A DNA stretch of 64,000 bases. Source: Octopus vulgaris. Taxonomy: Eukaryota. Positions within the stretch are counted from its first letter, which is position 1; every line of letters begins with the position of its first letter. The stretch spans positions 52,452,001 to 52,516,000 of the forward strand of contig OX597825.1 of NCBI GenBank assembly GCA_951406725.2, written 5' to 3'. The translations under genes and the position numbers were made by a program. The notes under the pieces are model-generated. The model did not search any database. It saw only the letters and a program-made list of their open reading frames with translations, and was not told the DNA's origin. Below are positions 13,095 through 26,115 of this stretch, piece by piece.

Positions 13095-15049
13095 GCTTAG
13101 AGCACAGATGGCCAAGAACCTCTATATTTACAGTGATTTATATAGTTGACTTTGAATGTTACCAGGCTGACTGCATGTTGTCATGCAGATAGCTTTCTGT
13201 AATTTCAGAGCAGTCTGCCTCTCTTCCAGTCAGCAATTATTAATGTTGTTAATTATAAATAGCCAACACCAAGTATCTTTGTGTCCAGCAATGAAAATTT
13301 CCATTAAAATGTCATGGGTTTGCTTCAATTATTATTTACGTAGTCAACAGAATATATTTTCATTTCTCTGCTACAGCAGCAACCAAGCCTGTTAGCAACA
13401 CTGGAGACAGCCAATGCTCATATCCTTGACATTTGGTGATGTTCAGCCCAGGAAAAAGGCAGCAAAAACCACAACAATAGACCCAACTCATTAATCTCAA
13501 GAAAATCAACACATCACCACAACCAACAACAGCAAGTGAAGATCCAAGGGGACAGGCATTGCTATTCATGACCACCACAGCCAGCACCTTTTTTAATGGC
13601 TTAGTTACATTTTTGCCTCTGCTTAAAATGAGTCAAAAACCAACTTTCAACGCTGAGAACTGTCTTGTCTTCCTTCAAATGTGTGAATTTGAAGCAAATT
13701 TTATCCAGAACCTTTCCAAGTTTGCTGTAACAACTAGTATTCAATCTTTTCATATCTTTTTGTTTGAGTAATTCCAAATAATTTGCATTTTAAAAATGGC
13801 AACATCACATAGTATTATGGATATTTCCTCTTCTAATATTTCTAATGCAGATATATATGCTCTTACCTTCCTCTAAGCTGGTGTGTTTTTTGTTTTTTCT
13901 GACGACTGAAGACAAAATTCAACTTCTGACAGACTCATACAATGGCAATGGCCTTAGTTCTATGTGCTCAAATTCTCATGGCCAAAGGACTTCAAGAAGC
14001 TGTACATTCAATCTTTGTGGAAGACCCACAAAATTTTGTTTGTATTGCAACTATTTTGGTACTACAGCACACACGTGTATGCAGCCATGTCTTTTATAGT
14101 TAGTTGTTCAAATGCAGCCAACAGGCAGTTTCTTTCTCAGTAAAGTGCTTACATCATTTCTTGGAAGGGAGATAATTCACCATGTATGCTGATCTTCAAA
14201 TAATAACCTACGCATTACAATCAATACAGACAAATATACCCTAGAGACATTTAACACCTTCATTATATTTCACAGTTTACTGTAGATATATGTTATATGA
14301 AGGGAATTGAAAATTTCTGCAACAGAAGCACTACCCCATTTTCATGTCAATACGTTTTATTCTGGATTCACTCAGACTCACTTTTTCTCTGCACAAAAAA
14401 TGTTTTCCTTTTTAAAGTTTAAAAAAAAAATGAAAAAGAACTGCAAAACTTTGCATATTTTACAAACTTATCATTCTTATTTAGACATTCTTTCAGCATT
14501 TATTCTGCATTCAATGCATGTTTTTCTTTCTCTCATTCTTTTGGTTCTGGTATTGGCATATTGTATTTTTATGTAAATTCTTTGTTTTATTGTTTCATTA
14601 TTTAGGCTTTTCCTATAAAGAACAAGGAGGAGATTACTTATAGCAGTGATTCAAAACCTAACTGCTAGCTACTCAGTCAGACACCACCGTTTCATGTGAT
14701 TGGTCTGTTTCTTTGACCAATCAGCATGTGGCTGTGGCGTGATAGGGTTTTCTCAAACATTCTAGAATTTGACCATCTGCGCATAACTTAGAGCACAGAC
14801 AGCCAAGGACTTCTGTCACCATCGAGATTTGTGTGGTTGACTTCATATATTTTTGGACCAACTGCATGTTGTCACACAGCTTTCAATTATTAATGTTGTT
14901 TACAGTAAACAGCCAACACCAAATATCATTATGTCTAGCAATAAATACTTCAATTAAATGTTTGCAGGTTTGCTTCAGTAATTATTCACATAGCCAACAA
15001 AACATCTTCATTTCTTCACTACACAAGCAAAAAACTACCCAATGACTTC

Positions 15050-15996
15050 ATCACTGACCCCTATATTCACCTATCATATGGCATTCCTTTACTAATATAA
15101 CCCTCATTACCATTCATATATCTCACCTTTCTCTTTTTCATGTATGAACCCTCACATGATAGTCAGTTTTATCTGTCTTTCCACAATGATGACTTCTAAG
15201 CTCATTCTTGTCATTGTCTCAAAATCATAAGTTAGTGATATCAATTCCAAATCCATGATTGGAATTCCTGATTTATCACCCATGACAGAATAAAAGACAA
15301 AGTTCACTCCAGTATAATCTGAACATCTGGAACTAAATGTTCCTTAGATATTCATTCTGCTACTCAACTCTCCCTCCTTATTTCAGATATTGATATCCAA
15401 GATTTATGCCAACTAACTCATACTTCAATACAACATATATTGGGATCGCATTACTAAAAATACATTTATCTCATAGTTTCATCACATTTATTTCAAATAT
15501 ACTTCAACCATTAGTTTCTTCCTTCACTCTCGCAAACCCCTAACCACTCCAAGTTTCTCTGTACCTTCTCATTTCAGTTCAGCTTGTACCTTGAGGTGCC
15601 ATCTGGACACCTACTTACCATTATCTATCTCTTTACAGCTACTACTAATTCACTTCTAACTAAATGTGAGTGACCAAGTATCTCCCCTACAACTTAAATC
15701 CACTCTGCCTGCCCCCACTTTTCATACCTTAACCCTCATTTGCTAGCTTTAAGCTCCTCTTCTCTGGTTTCTTAGGCCTCTAAACTGATTAGCCACCTCA
15801 CTAGTGCTGGTGCTATGTGAAAAGTACCAAGCACATAATGTAAATTGGTTCACATTAGGAAGGGCATCCAACTATACCAACTTAACCAAAGCAGACATTG
15901 GAGCACAATGCAGTTTCTGGACCCACAGGATCCTATCAAACCAACCAACCCACCCATGCCATCATGGAACATAGACATTAAATGATGATGATGATG
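15050..15996 (+). mobile_element. Family D element, decayed
   Basis: CT-rich body then TTAGGAAGGGCATCCAAC...GACATTAAATGATGATGATG. Confidence 0.6.
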
Positions 15997-16327
15997 CTGT
16001 GTGAACAAATATAATATGGTATTTTACTAACAAGAAGCTAACTGGAAAAATGTTGCTGGCAACTTTTTCTGTCTTATAAGGGTAAATACTCAATCTTTCT
16101 CTACTGTTCTTACAGCTTTACTTTTTTGTCTGTAAAATACCACCACATTCCACACTTTCAAAGTTTGTTTATAAAATATATGAATATCTGTGCTACAATT
16201 TGAAGTGGATGTTGGTTGAGCCAATATAAAATCGATCAAGTGACCTGAAATTTTGGTTGCTAAAACTGCATAAGACAGATATTGCTAAAGACATTTCATT
16301 CATGTTGGTCCTATGTAATGGAAATGT

Positions 16328-16470
16328 AAGTAGCAAATTGGCAGAATTATAAGTGTCACATAAATTTGCCTTGCAGGGTCTGTTCTGCCTATTAATGTTC
16401 TGAGTTCAAATCCTGCCAAGACCAACTTTACTTCTCATCTTTTTAGGGTCAATAAAATAAGGAACTGTTC
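16328..16470 (+). mobile_element. SINE family B fragment
   Basis: TGGCAGAATT head, TTCTGAGTTCAAATCCTGCC and GGGTCAATAAAATAAG. Confidence 0.75.
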
Positions 16471-16984
16471 CAGAGTGATGGACTGGTTAAACTGTTAAAG
16501 CAGTGAGTAAAAATGTTCTAAGTGTGATGAACTAGTCTGTGTCTACCTACCAAGATAGTATCTTGTAAAACACATTTCAAAAAAAAAAAAAAAGCTTTAA
16601 GACACCATCTTCGAATTCTTCCATGAAAATTCCACAATAAAGGTGTAGTGTTCATCATGGGTTCTTCAACTGGAATCACTAGAGTAAATGTTCTGAAGAG
16701 AATGTCATAGGAACATATATCTATAGATATGATCTTCAATTATTAAGAAAGCAGAGTCTTTCAATATTACTGTGAAGACCTTGCTTTTTCATTTTTTTAA
16801 ATGTTGGTTGATTGAGCTTGTGGCACATCACACTTGCAATATTTTTTCAAGTTCTGATTTTAGAATGATTTACTTTAAATTATGTCTAGCTTAGCTCATA
16901 AATAACAAATGTTGTTGCCAAAACTGTAATACAAATGAAAGTGGTGAGAGGAGTCTCAGAGCTATTCACCCCCCCCCCCCGCAG

Positions 16985-17557
16985 GTCCTTTGCTCTGCCC
17001 CTATTGTCATCTTTTATCCTTTTCCCTCAGTGAATCACCTGCATACTTTACCACCCACGACTTTCTTTTCTTCAGTGACTCACCTAAATTTTCCTTCCAC
17101 CCAAGTCTATTGCTCCCCTCCTGTCTCCTTTCCTTAACATCTGTCCATACTTGCTCCTTAGAATTTTGAATAACCCTTGGCCCCTTCCCATGCACAACCC
17201 TTTTTATCACCTTCTTAACTCTACCCTTCCATTCTTTTGAACCCTGTCACTAATCCCTATCTTCTACTCTCTCCCTCAGACTCCCTTCTCACTAACCATT
17301 CCCTCATTACTCCACATAGAATAATCACCTTCTCACTTATCTGTTCTCCTTTGGTTATGTAGGTCACTTTGCACATTTATGAGGCTTGGAGCCATGAAAT
17401 AAAGCTCCTAGTGTACTCTCTAAAGTGGTTGGTTTTATGAAAAGCATCCAACTATACAAAGCAAGCTAATGAAGATATTGGTGCATGATGCTGTCTTCAG
17501 TAAACTGTCCAACCTGTGCCAGCATGAAAACTATATGTCAAGCAATGCTGAAGATGA
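16985..17557 (+). mobile_element. Family D element, decayed
   Basis: CT-rich body then AAAGTGGTTGG...GCATCCAAC...TGTCCAACCTGTGCCAGCATG. Confidence 0.55.
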
Positions 17558-18046
17558 TTTATTTGTTCCGCTCTTCTGACTGAGAAGACTATGATGAAAG
17601 ATGTTCTGTGGCCAGCCTGTCATTATTTAAAATCTAGCCTACCCAAGAATAAACTATGTTTCTTTCTCTTTTTAAAACAGCAAGATGTGATTTCTAACTG
17701 GTCAACCAGAAAATAGTTCTTCACAGCTGGGTGATGTCCTTTCATAGAGTAATTAGTCAACTGTGAAGTATGGAGAGATGTCTGTTTTGTTTACCCGCAC
17801 AGACCTCAGTGCCTTGTTCTATATTGTTTTGCACATTTGCTGTAGTGAAACTTGAACTTGTAACCATGTGGTTAGTTATCCATTAGCTTAATATATTCTC
17901 ATACTACATAAATCTAATTATGACTGCCTTATTTCACTTAGGTTCACCTAACTGTCTTAAAAACATTAGTTTTTGTTTCTTCCTCTTCTAAAAGTTCATA
18001 ACATCAGTTGATCTACAGTTCTATATTTAAGAGATGAGGAATTATG

Positions 18047-18203
18047 TACATTATTTACATTTGATGGATATTAGTCCTCATCTTGTTTGTTAACACAATG
18101 TTTCAGCTAATATACCCTCCAGCCTTCATCAGGTGTCTTGGGGAAATTTTGAATCTGGGCTCTCATTCCTAAGGTATTCCGAGTTTGATTCCAGGCAGTG
18201 ACC

Positions 18204-18249
<46 letters not shown>

Positions 18250-18412
18250 TAATAATAATAATAATAATAGCATCGAAAAATACCTTAGGAATGAGAACCC
18301 TGGTTCGAAATTTCCCCAAACACCTGATGAAGGCTGGAGGGTATATCAGCCGAAACATTGTGTTAACAACAAACAAGATGGGGACAAATATCTGTTAAAT
18401 GTAAATAATGTA
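18047..18412. mobile_element. Penelope-like terminal-repeat pair in inverted orientation around an (AAT)n spacer
   Basis: Arms 18047-18178 and 18279-18412 are near reverse complements, and each carries a CTGATGA...GAAA hammerhead core. Confidence 0.8.
18319..18364 (+). ncRNA. Minimal type I hammerhead ribozyme motif (second copy on minus strand, 18092-18137)
   Basis: AACAC-CTGATGA-A-GGCTG(GAGGGTATAT)CAGCC-GAAA-CATT-GTGTT. Stem I is AACAC/GTGTT and stem II is GGCTG/CAGCC. Stem III is probably mutated from palindromic ACGT. Confidence 0.7.
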
Positions 18413-18749
18413 TCACTTGATCTTTTAAAAATAGCAGTCAAATTTCCCTTAAATTATGTCCTACTGTCTTAAACAAGCAAAAATATCAAATAATGCAATT
18501 TTAGATATATCATCACTATTATGTTTTAACATAAGCTTTCCATGTTGATAAAGGTTGGATAGTCTTACATGTCTGTTTCTACAGCTGGATGTAGATTATG
18601 CCTATATAAAGAATAAGATTGGTCATAGCTAGAATACCTTTCATAATAGTCTACTGGTTCAATTCTAACCAATTCCCAAACAACAGCAACAGTAAATTTT
18701 ATCCTGCATTGATGAAGGAGAAATGACGTTGATATTTCATTCAATATCC

Positions 18750-18952
18750 AAGGTGGTGAGCTGGAAGAATGATTAGCACAATAGGCATTTTGTCTGCCTT
18801 TATGTTTTGAGCTCAAATTTCACTGAGGTCAAATTTACTTTTCATCCTTTTGGGATTGATGAAATAAGTACTTGCTAAGCACTGAGGTCAATGTCATTGA
18901 CTGACCCACTTCTCCAAACATGCTGGCCTTGTGCCAAATCTCGAAACCAATA
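18750..18952 (+). mobile_element. SINE family B
   Basis: AAGGTGGTGAGCTGG head and TTTCATCCTTTTGGGATTGATGAAATAAGTAC core. Confidence 0.85.
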
Positions 18953-19239
18953 TTTCAATCAATATGTATCACCACTTTGTTTGTTTGTGTGTGTGTGTGT
19001 ATGTGCATGCATGTGTGTTAATTCATAAATCATTAATTTAGTCATTTGTAAGAAATTCAACAATTTGTAAGAAATTCAACAATTTCCTCTCCCACTGCCT
19101 TTTCTACAATTTGAACTTAACATCTTATATCTTATTATGTTCCATGATGGAACCTACAAAATTGAATATTGATCACAATATTTTATGGCAGAAATACATT
19201 CATAACACACTCACAAATGAATGATCAGGCAATAGATAT

Positions 19240-19274
19240 AAATATGTGTATATTTATATATATATTTATTTTCC

Positions 19275-19324
<50 letters not shown>

Positions 19325-19433
19325 ATATGAATATATATATATGTATATATACATATATATACATACATATGTATTTATGACTATATATAGGTGCATATAC
19401 ATATGTGTATGTATATATATATATATATGTATG

Positions 19434-19487
<54 letters not shown>

Positions 19488-20200
19488 ATATATATATATA
19501 TATACACACACACTAACACAAACGCACAAACACATGCACCCATGCATGTACATGTATTATCTATAAGTTTTCATTTATATTTAGGTCATTGTTGATATTT
19601 CGGAATTATTCCTGCCAAGGATTAAATTGTTGTAAATATCAAGTTTTGGTAAGTATAATTGATAGTTTGAAAAATAAAAAGCTTTTAACGTCGATACATA
19701 CTAGTAGATGATGGTTCGATAATGTGGGGGAGAGGTGATCTTGTAGAATGTGTGTGTGTGTGTGTGTGTATGCATATAGAGTGTATGTGTGTTTGTGTGT
19801 GTGCATGCATGTGCGGGCAGCATGTGTGTGTATATGTGTGTAGAAGGTGTGCATATGTACCTACAGAATGGATGCAAATGCATATGTGTATGTGTGTGTG
19901 GGGGTGAATGTGTGTGTGTCTGTATTCATAGAATGTGTGTATATATGCAGGGACCTGTAGAATATATGCTTGTATGTGTGTAGGAGGGCTGTAGAGTACG
20001 TGTGTGCATGCATGTGTGTATGTCTGCATGTGCTTGTGTGTAAAGAATGTATGTCTACAGAATGTGTGTGTGTGTTTGCAAGCAAGTGTGTGTGCCTTTT
20101 GATTGGTGTGCTTTTCTGTATATATTGTATATGGTTGTCTGTAGAATACATAATTTCATGTGTGTGTGCTTGTGTGAGAGAGAGAGAGAGAGAAAGAGTG
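19240..20200. repeat. TA- and TG-rich microsatellite / degenerate minisatellite block
   Basis: Seen directly. TG tracts are punctuated by recurring TAGAA(T/G)G. Confidence 0.9.
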
Positions 20201-20742
20201 TGTGTTATAATGTCAATATTTCAAACAGCATTTCATTTGAAGTTATATTGTTCATGAAGAAGAGGAAAGAGAAAAGAAAAAGGAAAGGAAAGAAAGAAAG
20301 AAAAGAAAGAAATCGATAGTCACGAATGTGAGATGGAAGATCATAGAGAAAGAACATTATGTCAAATACAATATGAAAAACATAACAAATTTAATGCAAC
20401 AACAGCAGTACATACCTACACACACACACACATATACATATATACACATACATATATATACACATAACATTGTATAAATAGAGAGGTACATAACAAGAGG
20501 AAAGCGAATATTTTGAAAGCGTTGAAGATAATGTGCAGCGTCAGTTGTATAGAATATACAAATAAAGATAATGTATTCTTTTAAGAAGACGCAACAACGT
20601 TAAAAGTGGGATACTTCTAAAGTGTCTTGAGAAATGAAGTTAAGTGCTGCTCTACGTATGTACATAGGTATACATAAATACACATACACACACACATATA
20701 TATATATATATTTATGTATGTGTGTGTGTATGTATGCATATA

Positions 20743-20806
<64 letters not shown>

Positions 20807-21781
20807 GTGTATTCTAAGTCTAAGAATTAGACGATGGTCATTGCAGAACTGCTCAGGTGCAACAACTGAAGTGAAATCATTTGATAATTCCAGCTTTAAT
20901 TACATCGTTTTGCAGGGAACAAATTTTGGTTGTGCATTGAGGTGGAGAGTGGAGGTGGTAGGTATCCCAGTTACCTTCTCTTGGCCTGTTTTTGTTTTGT
21001 TTGTTTCAAATTTTTACATTTATATTTTATTTATTATTTTTATTTTTTATTATTTTTTTTTTCCACTTTTAAACTTCTGAATGAATGAATGAATGATAAA
21101 AATTAAATTAGATTGTATTTAAATTAGATTTTATTTAATTAAAACTGAACAGTTTACCTTGAATTGAAATTGATCATTTTGTACTTTTTGAGGAAGAGGT
21201 AAAAATATTCCAGCTAGAAGGTTAGGGTTCAGGTCTTTCTCTCAGCAGTGCGCTGCTGGATCTTTGAATAATATAAAGAGTCCACTTTGCTTTCAAAGTA
21301 GGACTGATGCTTACATCAGAATCACCATCACCAGCATCAGCAGCAGCAATAGCAGCATTGCCACTGCCATCACTATCTCTACAACAATCTCTATCACTGT
21401 ACCGTCACTCCCATCACCACTACCTCAAACACTACTTTATATTAAAGTAGTTAAAATACTAACAGATGAGGCAATTGGGATGTCTTCATTCATAATAAAG
21501 CCTAATTGCAACTGGAAGAGAATAAAAAGGAAATAAAATAAACAGTGTTTTCTTGCCAACAATGCAATGGAGTATAATAGGACAATGCATTGAAGTGTAA
21601 TACTCCAAAAGTGCAGGAATGAAATTTGCTTTGTGGATTCAAACTCAGGTCTACCATGATGATCAAAGTGTTTTCATTGCCTCCAAAAATTTGGGAGGTT
21701 TCACCTGCACCATCTGCAGCCATGCTCCTGAACCATATATTTGAATACACTGATGTCTTAATTGATGCATCTGATCTAATA

Positions 21782-22000
21782 ATGATTTCAAATGTTGGCA
21801 AAAGGCTAGCAATTTCAGTGGGGGCCGAGTTATGTGAATTATATTGATCCCAGTGCTCAACTGGTACTTATTTTATCAACCCCAAAAGGAAGGAAATCAA
21901 AGTCAACCTTAGCAGAATTTGAACTCACAATGTAAAGATGGACAAAATGCTGTTAAGCATTTTGCCTAGTGTGCTAACAATTCTGTCAGTTTGTCACCTA
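21782..22000 (-). mobile_element. SINE family B
   Basis: CTGGTACTTATTTTATCAACCCC...AATTTGAACTCAC; reverse complement of other B copies. Confidence 0.85.
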
Positions 22001-22624
22001 ACTGCAGATCTAATAATAAAAATATGCAACTGGTGTGTGGTTGATTTAAGACTGGCCTTGATTTTGGTAGGATAAAAAAACAAAGATGAGTTGTAAGTAG
22101 TTGTAACTAGAAGCTGGGTTAATAGAAAGGTTATAATGAAATTATGAAAATATATGATGAACCTGTTTAACATAGCTAACTGCACAAGTAACTTAACTTA
22201 CAAACACCAGTCATATAAGCTAAAATGAATTACAGAAAACAGTCAGCCATTGTCCAATGATGTTCTTAGTTTTCACTACTTTGACAGAATGCCCTTTCAC
22301 ACAACTTTGTCAAGTCATTCGCTCAATCAAAGGTTTACAAGATAACTAGAGATTAGCAGCATGAAATCATGTAAATGACAATTAAGATAAAGATAATTTG
22401 TGCTTTGTTTATAGACAAAACCACCTACGATTGGTCAGTTTGTCAGTCAAGAAAATCACAATAAACATTGCAGTTTCTGGTACTTTTAAAGAAAGAAGTT
22501 TTTGGCAAGTCTCAAGTTGTCATTTTCACATAAACAGCAGTACTCTATCTGATAAAACAGTTTCCAACCATCACAAAATCCCATTGTGTGTCCAGTTAAG
22601 AATAAAAAACACATGAAGTAAGGT

Positions 22625-22840
22625 TTAATCCACCCTAGACTGCCTTTGATTCTATGATACAATCTTTTTGTTTTAGAGTGATCTAAATAAAGATCCCCTA
22701 TCAAAATGAAATGTTAATTCATGTTCCAAACATCAACTAAATAAGAACAAAGTTTTTTTTACAATATTCTTCATTATTTTCAAAATTAATTGAAGTAAAA
22801 AGGGCATATTTCGATAGAAATATGGCAACAAAAGGGTTAA
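22625..22840 (+). mobile_element. MITE ending AAAAGGGTTAA (piggyBac-like terminus); related pieces at 26700-26835 and 51227-51400
   Basis: Three copies share TTTTCAAAATTAATTGAA...ATTTCAA..AGAAATATGGTAACAAAAGGGTT. The left end is decayed. Confidence 0.55.
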
Positions 22841-23055
22841 GCTGAAATGGTAGTAAATGCTGAGTACCACAATAACCGTGCTGCTGTAAAATAATACAGT
22901 CTACCTGAGAACATATTATGAGTTTGAAGATTAAAGATATATAAAGATGCATACATAAGATTAGAGATGTACAAGAGGTTATTTTGCACACCAAACAAAT
23001 CTAGTGCAGCATGGTTGATAAGCAGCACCTAAATACATATTATTGTATTGAGAAA

Positions 23056-23379
23056 GCACGTGGCTGAGTGGTTAAGGTACTTGACTCATGATTGTAATGT
23101 TGTGACTTCAATTTCTGGTGATACGTTGTGTCCATGAACAAGACATTTTATTTCACATTGATCCAGTTCACTCAGCTGGCAAAAATGAGTTGCACCTGTA
23201 TTTCAAAGGGCCAGCCTTGTCACACTCTGTGTCATGCTGAGTCTTCCTGGAAACTACATTAGGGGTACATGATTCTGTGGAGTGCTCAGCCACTTGCATG
23301 TTAATTTCTTGAGCAGGCTCTTCCATTGATCATATCAACTGGAACTCTTGTCATTGTAACCGACAGAGTGCTGGTATAC
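23056..23379 (+). mobile_element. SINE with family C head and body but a different 3' half
   Basis: TGGCTGAGTGGTTAAG head and CAAGACATTTTATTTCACATTG.TCCAGTTCACTCAGCTG are shared with C. 11-bp TSD GTATTGAGAAA (23045-23055, 23380-23390). Confidence 0.85.
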
Positions 23380-23993
23380 GTATTGAGAAATACTGAAATA
23401 TAGTAACTACTTTTTTCTTGCCTTTAACTAAGCTAAAGCCAACCACAAATGCAGAAAATATATCAAAACCATTAATTCATGGTGCAGATGTTTTACAAAA
23501 AGAAATGATCTAGTACTGAGGCAGAATAAAATTGAAATAGCTCAGAAACTACCGGCAGATCTTGATATCAAAATCATTTATTTCCATCGCTAAATTATAT
23601 AACAGCTTAGAAAACATAAGATATCCTAAAGTATATAAGAATTTATGTTTGATATCGAATTTCTGTTGAAAATAAAATCTGTCACAAGATTATTAGAGGA
23701 GTATTGTATTTGAGAAAGCATTGGTGAGAAAATTTGTAGAATAATGTTTTCCAGGTATGTGTTATGTGAAAATTTGTTAAGTACCATTAAGCAAAAACAT
23801 TTTGCCCCTATTTTTTCAGTAGATGTGTCAATGTGATTGATGAATACATCAATGGGATTTGAAAGAAAATAAAAATGTTGGAAATTCAAAGATTTCTTAC
23901 AAAATAATCACTAGCATATTGGGGAAATAATATCAGAAGATGGCTAAACTAGAATACTAAAAGATATAAACAATGGATATAGAAATATTGCTT

Positions 23994-24198
23994 TCAAGTT
24001 TTGGCACAAGACCAGCAATTTTGGTGGAGGGATAGGGCAACTAGATCGATCTCAGTGCTTAACTGGTACTCATTTTATCAACCTCAAAGAGATGAAAGGA
24101 AAAGGCAACCCTGACAGGATTTGAACTCACAATGATGGATGAAATGCCACAAAGCATTCTGCTTGGAATGCTAACGATTCTGCCAGCTTGCTACTTTG
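23994..24198 (-). mobile_element. SINE family B with 22-bp flanking direct repeat
   Basis: AATGGATATAGAAATATTGCTT at 23972-23993 and 24199-24220. Confidence 0.88.
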
Positions 24199-25227
24199 AA
24201 TGGATATAGAAATATTGCTTACATGAATTTGTCATGAGAGGGGACAGTGCACATAATCTTAGCAGGTTCTGCTCTGTCACTGTTAATATTGATACAGTTT
24301 GTGTTATTCAGAAGGAAGTGGACATTACCCACACATTCATTGTCACCACATCCACACTGACAGCATTAATACCACTGGTGTTAAATGTAAACATATATTA
24401 GTCTGGAGAAAGTGGACAGCAACTTCTATACATGTGAAATTAATGAAGTTGTTTAGTGGTAATATCTATGACTTAATGTCCATAGGAAGTGAATTCTAAT
24501 CAGTGGTAAGCTGGTAAGAAATATTAGATGGAATTGTATAGGGCGAAACACTGTAAGGTGTCAGGTGTCAGGTGGGCCTGTAGGCATTTGTTCAGTTGGT
24601 AGCCTGCTGAGAAGAGGAAGATATATAATAGAAAGGCCAGTGTCATATAAATAATATCAACAGTGATTAGCAAAGTTAAATGAGTGAGACATAGTTAAGA
24701 AATATCAGAGAAGTGTCCAGTAAAGTATATCACATCAGTAATTGATCTAATCACTTTGTTAATTTGATTAAAAACAAATTTCAGAAAATTTAGTTTCACC
24801 AATTTGGATACGTGAGTATGTTGTGTAGACACAAGAGTATTAACGCATTAAACCAAGAACTTTGGAAGCGGAGCAGTGGAGGGACGGAGGAGGAGGACGT
24901 GAGGGGGACGGGAGGAGGATGAGAGGAGGAGATAAAAATACTCTCATATCTGTCTAAATAATTATTGTCAATGAAAACTAATTATTGCGACAATAATTTA
25001 TTTCAAACACAAATGGCTGTAATTAAAACACTCAGAATTTGAAATATGTGGTGTACGTTAGAAAGAGTTTACAAGCAGAATATATTAGAAGGAGTTTACT
25101 ACTACATTTAAGAAGTCTGCTGAGTATGTGGGCATTCCATAACTCATATTCTTTAAGGAGAGTTTTCAGACTTTTCCATTGATTAAATTACAGGCAATCT
25201 ATGATTGATAATTACCTATAATTGAAT

Positions 25228-25616
25228 CATCATCATCAGCAACATTATTTTAACTTCCATTTTTCTGTGCTTGCATGGGTTAGACAGGATTCACTGCAGC
25301 AGATTTTCTGTGGCAAGATTGTCCTTCCTGTTTGCAACACTTATCTGTTTCCAATTTACATAATATTTTCCCATGTTGGACATGTTTCCATGGAAAATTG
25401 AGAACAAAGCACATGGCTTGATGATGGTTACACTCATTCACAGATATCGTGTGCTGTTAAGACAAGAAGATACAAACACACATGTGCACACACAATCAAA
25501 TATATGCATAGAATTGGCTTCTTTCAGTTTCTGTCTACCAAATTGACACACAAGGTTTTGATCAGTCTAAGTGGTCAAGAAGCAAGCTTCTTAACCATAC
25601 ATCCATGCCTGCTCCT
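25228..25616 (-). mobile_element. SINE A head joined to an alternative (GAT)n tail
   Basis: GGCTTCTTTCAGTTTCTGTCTACCAAAT and GCAAGCTTCTTAACCA match family A. The distal part TGCTTGCATGGGTTAGAC...CATCATCAT resembles the family D tail. Confidence 0.7.
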
Positions 25617-26115
25617 ATATATATATATTCCCATGGATTAGAACTTCCTTTTTACACCATGGCTTTCAGTGTCTATGAGCAGGTCTTCATTCTGTGTGCC
25701 TCAGTACTCCACCACCACTACAAAGCATTTTGCCCGGCATTCAAATGATTTTGCCTGCTCTATTTTGCCTAGATGTTGTGGGAATATTACCTATGGAAGA
25801 CAGGTGGCTTGTTTTGTTTTTCCTGTTCAGCGATCTATTCATCTGCCATTTGTTTAGTACTAGAGAATCCAGAGATAAACAGTGGAGTTTACACCACTCT
25901 GGAGCTTATAGAGACAATTTTATTATATTTCTGCAAGTACCTGCTGTATAAACTACTTGTATGCGTATGTGTGAGGGAACAGCTTCATTACGTAACCTTT
26001 ACATTCTGTTAATCATTGTTTTGCTTAATTTCCATGCTCAATGTTTAGTTGTTATTTATTTGACAAACCTAGCATACTTGTCAACAGAAGGAAATTTATT
26101 GTTATTACTATTATT

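Larger units (their letters stand above)
12141..15023 (+). mobile_element. Decayed Ty3/Gypsy LTR retrotransposon, gag remnant only
   Basis: Two homologous direct repeats: 12141-13375 (TGTAGCAG...CTGCTACA, interrupted) and 14639-15023 (TATAGCAG...CACTACA). A purine tract AAGAACAAGGAGGAG precedes the second repeat. Internal frames KPTFNAENCLVFLQMCE and CLYCNYFGTTAHTCMQPC resemble the Gypsy gag N-terminal motif and the CxYHxxFGxxAxxCxxPC motif. No TSD or PBS is recognisable. Confidence 0.7.
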
